This document shows, one piece after another, positions 57,395 to 64,000 of a stretch of 64,000 bases of DNA (the first letter of the stretch is position 1; every line of letters begins with the position of its first letter). Origin of the DNA: Somniosus microcephalus. Taxonomy: Eukaryota. The stretch covers positions 31,744,001-31,808,000 of the forward strand of contig JBMRGM010000043.1 of NCBI GenBank assembly GCA_052327205.1, read 5' to 3'. The notes below the pieces were generated by a model. The model was given only the letters and a program-made list of their open reading frames with translations. It did not search any database and was not told the DNA's origin. The translations under genes were made by a program, and so were the position numbers.

Positions 57395-58190
57395 AATAAG
57401 ATCATAAGAAATAGGTGCAGGAGTTGGACATTCGGCCCATCGAGCCTGCTCCGCCATTCAATGAGATCATGGCTGATCTTCTGCCTCATCTCCATTCACT
57501 GGCCCAATCGCCATATCCCTTGATGCCTTTACTAGTCAGAAATCTATCGACTTCTGTTTTGAATATACACAATGAATGAGCCTCCACAGCCCTCTGGCGT
57601 AGAGAATTCCAAAAGATTCACCAACCTCTGTGTGAAGAAATTTCATCTCATCTTAGTCCTGAATGGCCTTTATCCTGAGGCTGTGGCCTCTGGTTCTCGA
57701 CTCCCCAGCCAAGGGAAACATTCTCCCAGTATCCACCCTATCAAGCCCTGTAGTAATTTTGTATGCTACAATGAGATCCCCTCTCATTCTTCTGAATATA
57801 AGAGAATTCCTGCCTAGTTTACTCAATATCTTCCCACACGACAGTCCCCCCATCCCAGGAATCAATCTTCTGAACCTACGTTGCACTCCCTCTATGGCAA
57901 GTATATCCTTCCTTAGGTAAGGAGACCAAAATTGTACACAATACTCCAGGTGTGGTCTCAAAAAGTCCCTCTATAATTGGAGTAGGACTTCTTTACTTCT
58001 GTACTCAAATCCTCTTGTAAAGAAGGTCAGTATAACATTTGCCTTCCTAATGGCTTGCTGCACTTGCACATTCACTTTCACTGACTCATATGCAAGGACA
58101 CCCAGGTCCCTTTGAGCATCTGAATTCCACAATCATTCATCATTTAGGAAATAATCTGACTTTCTGTTTTTTCTACCAAAGTGGATAACT
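57395..58190 (-). mobile_element. CR1 3' fragment
   Basis: RPHLEYCVQFWSPYLRKDILAIEGVQRRF..RTRGHSLRIK. Confidence 0.9.
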
Positions 58191-58426
58191 AACCTTAATT
58201 ACATGCACAATCGCACTGCATATTAAATCTTAGAAAGCGTCAGTTCCCTGAGATTTACATGATGATTAAATTTGAGGATTGAAAAATGACCAAGCTCACT
58301 GAGTGATTGAAGAGTTTGGGGAATTAATTTCAAGAAGACTTTATATTTAATTTTATTTAAAAGCGATATTTCTGTTGTCGGTGATTTTTGTTAAACTTTA
58401 TTCACTGAGAACATTTCTGCACTAAG

Positions 58427-58518
58427 GAAGGCAACTGGAAATAGATCTCGACCCCCGAGTGAAGAGAAGTCTGCAGACAATTCCGAGTATGCAGGTGTGG
58501 TATCTGCCCAAATCACCG
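58427..58518 (+). pseudogene. Gene B cytoplasmic exon 2 remnant (SEYAGV)
   Basis: 92-nt paralog of 25476-25567. Confidence 0.75.
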
Positions 58519-58796
58519 GTAAGCTCGACCTGATCTGCATGTGATGAACTGTAGATAGCTCGGGGTATCATTTCCATTCAGCATCAATATCACTTACACT
58601 TTCTCAATCTCTATGTCTATGTCAAGTCTACTTCTATGACTCTCTCAATCGAACAGCATCTCTCATTCTAAATCTATCTTTCTCTATTGCACTAACTCAC
58701 TATCTCTATGTACCTATCTATCTCTACCTCTCTATCTCTGTATCTCTTTCGGTATCTTTCTATATCCCTTTCTATTTCTGTCTCTCCTATCTCTAT

Positions 58797-59347
58797 TGGA
58801 TGCATTTTCTGATGGGAGCCATCCTGCGGACGGATGCCTCCAATTGGAAAAAAATCTCCGAACATACCAGCTGCCTCCGTCGGTCCCGCGGAAATGCGCA
58901 GAGGCCCAAGTATCCCAGGGGCGCATGCAGTTCGGAAGCATCCCTGGGAAAATTTTAAAAACCATCACGTATATAAAATTAGTTCAAATACTTTAAATTA
59001 AATATTTTAGACGAAATATTAATCTTTTAAAAAATGATTTTTTTAACGGGGCTAAATATAAACTTATATTTTTTAAAGTATTTTTAAATTATAAATGGCA
59101 TTTTATTTTTAATTCTTATGCTGTTACCAGGCATAAGATTATTAAAGGTTTTTAACGGGCGGAAGTTGGGCAGAAAGCGGATCTCCCCAACTGCAGAGGC
59201 CCTTCTCCTGGGCATACGGATTCTTGACAGATCGGTAGTGCCGGGTTTTAGCGCCTGCGCTTGCCATGCCTGAAACCGGCACTTGCGAGGCCACTACGGG
59301 TGCGTACACACCTGGTACGCACACGTGGGCGTCAGATAATCCGGCCG
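58797..59347. mobile_element. MITE (Harbinger-like family)
   Basis: Imperfect TIRs, GC-rich arms around an AT-rich centre; internal gtatcccagggg..agcatccctggga is shared with the MITE at 6986-7680. Confidence 0.65.
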
Positions 59348-59464
59348 AATATATCTAACACTGTCTCAATGACCATGTCTATGTGCAGCCTATTTCTATG
59401 CATTTGTTTATGTCTACGTCTGTGCCTATCTCGAGCTCGATCTCTATGTCCACCTCCATCACCA

Positions 59465-60765
59465 TGTGCCGTACTTTCCAATCAGAGGCTTCCTGCGTGT
59501 GGAGGCCTCCGACCTGGGAAAAATCTACTAACTTACCTGAGAGTTCCCGAGGTCCAGACACTTCCACTCCTGGGCCTCCCAACTCGAAATTTGCAGGGCC
59601 CACGTATCCAAGAGGCAATGGCCTAGAAATTCAGTTTGGGCCTGCCAGCTGGCGTGCGCCCAAAAGTTAGCGCTGCGCGCGGTGCCAGTTGCGCCCGTGA
59701 GATATTTAGTTTCTGCGCCCCAAGTCGGCACCGGGCGCTGTTCCAGGGTATGCCCGCCTCCGCTTGGGGCGCTGAAACTGAATATCAGCGCTCTAGGTGC
59801 CACTGCGCCACCCGATGTGGTGCGGCAGGCTGCGGTACTGCAGGCATCCTCCTTCTCTTAAGGTGGAGGTGCCTGCAACGGGGAGATCGCCGCTGGATTG
59901 TGCCGGCAAATGAGCCCGGCACCACGGAGAAGTGCCGGGCTCACAGAAAGCAGCCAACAATGCCACGGGGGGGGGTGGTGGAGGAGGCCGGGGAAGGAGG
60001 TGCGGGCAGGCGGCCGCCGAAAAAGCGGCCGGCCGCACCTCCACCTTTATGCGCCCCACTAAGGCTGCAGGAAGGCCCTGGTCTCCGGATGTTAGTAGCG
60101 GCCGCCACGGAGGAGGCGGCGGCTACTGAAGATGGGGGTCGGGGCGGTAGCGGGGCGGAACCGGGGCACTGCGCACACCGATGACATCATCGGTGCCGGC
60201 GCAGCGCTACCGGCTACCGCCGCCGTTACGGTGGCACTCAATATCAGCGCTACCACCCCTACTGGCGCAAAAGCCCTCTTTGGGCGAAAACTGGGCGCAA
60301 AGCCAACTGAATTTCCAGCCCAATGTGTTTCACAAGCGTCCTTGGGATCACGTGGGCCATGGGGAGCTAGATAGACCCGTCCAATACAGGAATGTAGATC
60401 ACTCCAAAAACAATGTAAAATATTTTGAAAAAAATTAAAATATCAAATTTTTTACATGAGTTGAAATGACAACAAATTAAATATTTTAAACAAAAATTTA
60501 AATTTTTGGATAAAAAATTAAGATTTTTAAGGGGCTAAAAATAAACTTACTTTCTTAGCGTATTTTGAATTGATAAATGAGTGAATTTTTACTTTTACTT
60601 TTACTCTTTTCAACTCTTATGCTCGTAAAAGCAGGCCTTACGCAGGCATGCGATCAGTCAAGAGAATTCTTGACAGATCAGAAAATACCGGTTTTCAGCG
60701 CATTTCTGATCTCCCTACGTGTGTGTATGCAGTACACCCGCAGCAATCAGAATATCCGGTCCCAT
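59465..60765. mobile_element. MITE of the same family, split by a nested MITE
   Basis: Rejoined core cacgtatccaagaggcaat|gtg..agcgtccttgggatcacgtgggcc resembles the reverse complement of 7500-7555; the 3' end resembles 59200-59345. Confidence 0.65.
59620..60321. mobile_element. Nested GC-rich MITE (PIF/Harbinger-like)
   Basis: TIRs ggcctagaaattcagtttgg / ccaactgaatttccagccc; 3-bp TSD AAT. Confidence 0.82.
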
Positions 60766-61071
60766 CTCTATAACAATCTCCATGTCTATGTCTAGCTCTA
60801 CCTATATATTTCTATCTCTATCTCTAAATTTCCATCTATCTCTCCTATCTATATCTCTCTGTATATAGCAGTCCCTCTCATTCTATCTGTATCTCTCACT
60901 CTAACTCTATCTCTCTCTATTTATCTAACTCTCTACCTCTATGTCCATATCAATCTCCCTCTCTCTATCTGTATCTCTCTGTATCTGTCCATATCCATTT
61001 CTATTTCTATCTCTTCTGTCTCTTTGTATATCCAAGATTCTCTCTATTCATAGAACACATTACATATATGT

Positions 61072-61428
61072 GGGCAGCACGGTGGCATAGTGGTTAGCAC
61101 TGTTGCCTCACAGCGCCAGGGACCCGGGTTCGAATCCGGCCTCGGGCGACTGTCTGTGTGGAGTTTGCACATTCTCCCCGTGTTTGCGTGGGTTTACTCC
61201 GAGTGCTCCGGTTTCCTCCCACAGTCCAAAGATGTGCGGGTTAGGTTGATTGGCTATGATAAATTGACCCTTAGTGTTAGCGGGATTAAATACATGGGGT
61301 TACGGGGATAGGGTGGGATATGTGTTGGTGTAGGGATAACGGGGATCGGGTGGGATATGTGTCGGTGCAGGCTCGATGGGCCGAAATGGCCTCTATCTGC
61401 ACTGTGTGGTTTCTGTGATTTCTGTGAT
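61072..61428 (+). mobile_element. HE1-like V-SINE
   Basis: A-box tggcatagtgg, B-box ggttcgaatcc, V-domain tgtgtggagtttgcacattctcccc..tccggtttcctcccaca, CR1-derived tail ending ttctgtga repeats. Confidence 0.9.
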
Positions 61429-64000
61429 ATGCCTCTATTGGTATCAGTATGCACGTTATTTATTTCTGTCGCTATCTCTAGCTCCAGTACGTTGTCTATG
61501 AGATTCTCCAAATTTGTTTCCATTTCAATACCCTCTCGGCCAACGTGCCTATCTCTATCTATGTCGATTAGTATCTCTATCTCTATCTTCATGGCTATCT
61601 CTAGCTCTTGCTATAACACAACTATCTCTAACTCCATCTCTCCAATGTCAATCGTTATGTGTATCCCAGTCTCTCTCATTGTATCAGCATCTCTCACTCT
61701 ATTTTGATATATCTAATCTCTTTCGCTCTATCTATCTATGTCGCTCTATCTCTATCTCTAGCTATCTACTTGCATCTATCTCTATTGTTCTCTATCTCTC
61801 TCTACCTCCACATCTCACTATCACTATCTCTATCTAGGTCCATTTAGATCTCTACCTCTATCTGCACTATCTCTACGTCAATCCCATACTCTTTCTATAT
61901 ATTTATATAGCTCTATTTGTATCAATTCATTTATCTGTATCTCTCTCTAGCTCTAGTTGATTCTCTACCAGCATGTCCAAATGTATGTTCGTTTCAATCC
62001 TCTCGCTGCCTCTGTGCCTATCACAATCTATGTTGTTTAATATCCCTCTTTCACAGTATTCTATCTCTATCTCTATTTCTAACACTATCTCTGTCTCTAT
62101 CTCTATCTCCATCTATAATCTCTAATCTCTATTTCTGTCCCTAATCTGTCATTAATCTCTGATATTACAATATTACCATTATGCACACCTGTTGATTGCT
62201 AAACTGTGTAAATCCTTAGTAAATGGATCTCGACAGCAAGAAAATGTGCATTACGTAGAGGAAACAGGAAGCTAAATTATGAAAATTTGGCAGTTACTTT
62301 ACTTGGAGACTCTTAAGAGCCGAGATGGTATTACTTAGCCACCAATAGATTGAATAAAATAAAAGTGATCTTACTTTCGTTAGAAATCTCTTTCTTAATC
62401 CTTATATTCGATCTGAAAATTATTTCCTTGTGAGAATATATCAAACGAGTAATGGAAACGGACTGATAATATGCAATACAATTGAGATTGTTGCATTGAT
62501 AGAATGTTAATTTCCTTTCATGGTAAGTTTGAATCTTCTGACTATTACGTGGCTCCTGTGACACGAATCATCAACTGGAAGGGAATCGAGAGCCTGGGCA
62601 CCTAGAAGAAAAATACGGATGATCGGAGTCTACAGGAAACTGCATAACCTTCCAGAGGCATTCATTGAAGCAAGCATGTTATTCTACAATTGGCTAAAGA
62701 AGTTTATTGCAAGGAGAGCACCTCATTTTGAGATGTTCACTCAAAAGAAAAACTGTGGAATCGTCACGTTTTACCCAAGAATAGGATCTTTCTTCACAAG
62801 ATCCTCTATGTACAGAACCTGATTCATCTCTCTGTTGTATACAGCTTTTGATTGATCATCACAGAGAATAAGTAGCCCACCTCGAACAACTTAATCATCT
62901 GTTTGTGGATGTACATGCCGATGGTCAATGATCAATTGAAACCTTTGGTAAACTAGCTTCCCGACTGTGATTGGAATATTTTCATTCGGACCTAAATGAC
63001 TTTCTATCGCTTGGACATTTCTCTTGTATACACCAGATAATTAACTGCTTATCTCCCAGATGTTTCGGGACATCTTCTGATTGACAGATTTCACCTGAAA
63101 TTTTCGTGTTGGTTCTAATTGATTGCTTATAACTTGGGTGTATCATTTCAGCTACTGACTGATTGGATTAAGGTCTGGATATTTTCATGTATAAGCCTTA
63201 TACTTTCTGAAGCTTACTGAATATTTGTTACCCGAAAAATTCTCTGCTGGACAATTTCTTTCAGAGTCATGTTTCCTTGATTATAACATATTGACGTCGG
63301 AGAACACTGGCTGATTTTAACTCGAGTGTATCATTTCAGCTCCTGATCAGTTGGCTTCGGGCCTCGATAGTTTCAGGTAAAAGCAGGTTGGCTGAATGTC
63401 ACCTTGGCACTGTCTTTTGGCAGCTGAATTCATAATTCTAACCGGAATAATTCTCAGCTGGACGCCTTCGTTCACTGACGATATCCAAACATTTCTTCTG
63501 GAATTCGGAAAAAACTGATTGATTGATTGTTTCCACCATAGGCTCTTGAAATTTAACAATAATCGACATTACTATTGCAGGCATCACTTATCATCAGGAG
63601 AATATAACTAACCCGTTGAAGACTGTTCCCTATTACTAAATGAACAACGCAATAATTAGCGCATTCTGCATCTCAATTTCAGGTGGAATCAATGTCTGAG
63701 GAAGGGAAAATTCTGACTGAGCTGTAACATGAATCGTCCTTCTTACACTAGAACTAAGTAGATGAATGATTAACTATTAGAAAGACTAAACATGAAATAG
63801 CGGCATTGGTTATTGTTGAACAGACTGGGGGAAGGTGTCGTTTCTATGGTTGAAATGGTGAAGAAGCACGAAGTTTTGAACTTAAGCATAATGTGGAGAT
63901 GCTGTGTCGGATAGTTTGAACACGAGCATCTGTTCTGATACACTTGTTTAGTAAACCTTCCTGTGTGTACCGTGTCTAGACTCACTGAAAGTGATGGGAA

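Larger units (their letters stand above)
37909..58518 (+). pseudogene. Gene B: FCRL-like paralog; full-length TM form disrupted (may still encode a short form)
   Basis: Open exons 37909-37939, 40643-40672, 41977-42210, 42923-43183, 44743-44997, 47629-47904. Stop at 49465-49467 in exon 49217-49495; D4-type exon deleted; stop at 50877-50879 in exon 50722-51024; TM donor GT changed to TT; later tail exons not found in the window. Confidence 0.8.
34441..58560 (+). repeat. Tandem segmental duplication unit B (recognisable homology to unit A ends ~58560)
   Basis: Colinear blocks: 1-12150 with 34441-41260; 16570-19470 with 47230-50140; 21250-22720 with 50270-51760; TM and the first two cytoplasmic exons. 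Confidence 0.92.
58600..62150. repeat. Long pyrimidine-skewed degenerate (TCTATC)n low-complexity tract, interrupted by MITEs and a SINE
   Basis: tctatc/tctctatc runs at 58600-58795, 59350-59460, 60765-61050 and 61430-62150. Confidence 0.85.

Noticed and set aside
59636-60184. 182-aa GC-rich ORF
   Set aside because: It lies inside a MITE, has low-complexity Ala/Gly/Arg composition and no transposase motifs.
61072-61145. tRNA-like A/B boxes (also ~10580 and ~33000)
   Set aside because: These are heads of SINE or retroelement copies, not tRNA genes.
61357-62144. Hydrophobic Ser/Ile/Leu-rich ORFs
   Set aside because: They are translations of the TCTATC low-complexity tract.

Overview
Eukaryotic DNA, most likely elasmobranch (shark/ray), inferred from an HE1/V-SINE, Deu-type SINEs and abundant CR1 LINEs. 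The window holds about two units of a ~34.4 kb tandem duplication: base 1 aligns with ~34441. Each unit carries an Fc-receptor-like (FCRL-type) Ig-superfamily gene on the + strand. Gene A (ATG 8773 to TAA 33949) can be assembled by hand into an intact, phase-consistent 15-coding-exon ORF of ~672 aa: split signal peptide (31+30 nt), 5 C2-type Ig exons, an uncharged TM, and a tail with 3 canonical ITIMs, one ITIM-like motif and a terminal YENI. Gene B (ATG 37909 to at least 58518) has four open N-terminal Ig exons, but its membrane-proximal half is broken: an 18-bp micro-inversion creates a stop, one Ig exon is deleted, a second Ig exon has a nonsense codon and the TM donor is mutated. Both paralogs keep an unannotated, in-phase intronic exon candidate encoding a GPI-signal-like hydrophobic C-terminus. 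This suggests a long inhibitory receptor plus short anchored or decoy isoforms (hypothesis). Mobile elements include a very young non-autonomous BEL/Pao LTR element whose multiply deleted gag-pol is still a single ORF, a Penelope-like element with inverted arms and minimal hammerhead ribozymes, Harbinger-type MITEs, a solo LTR, SINEs and many CR1 fragments. All alignments and translations were done by eye; repeat boundaries are approximate unless a TSD or TIR is quoted.
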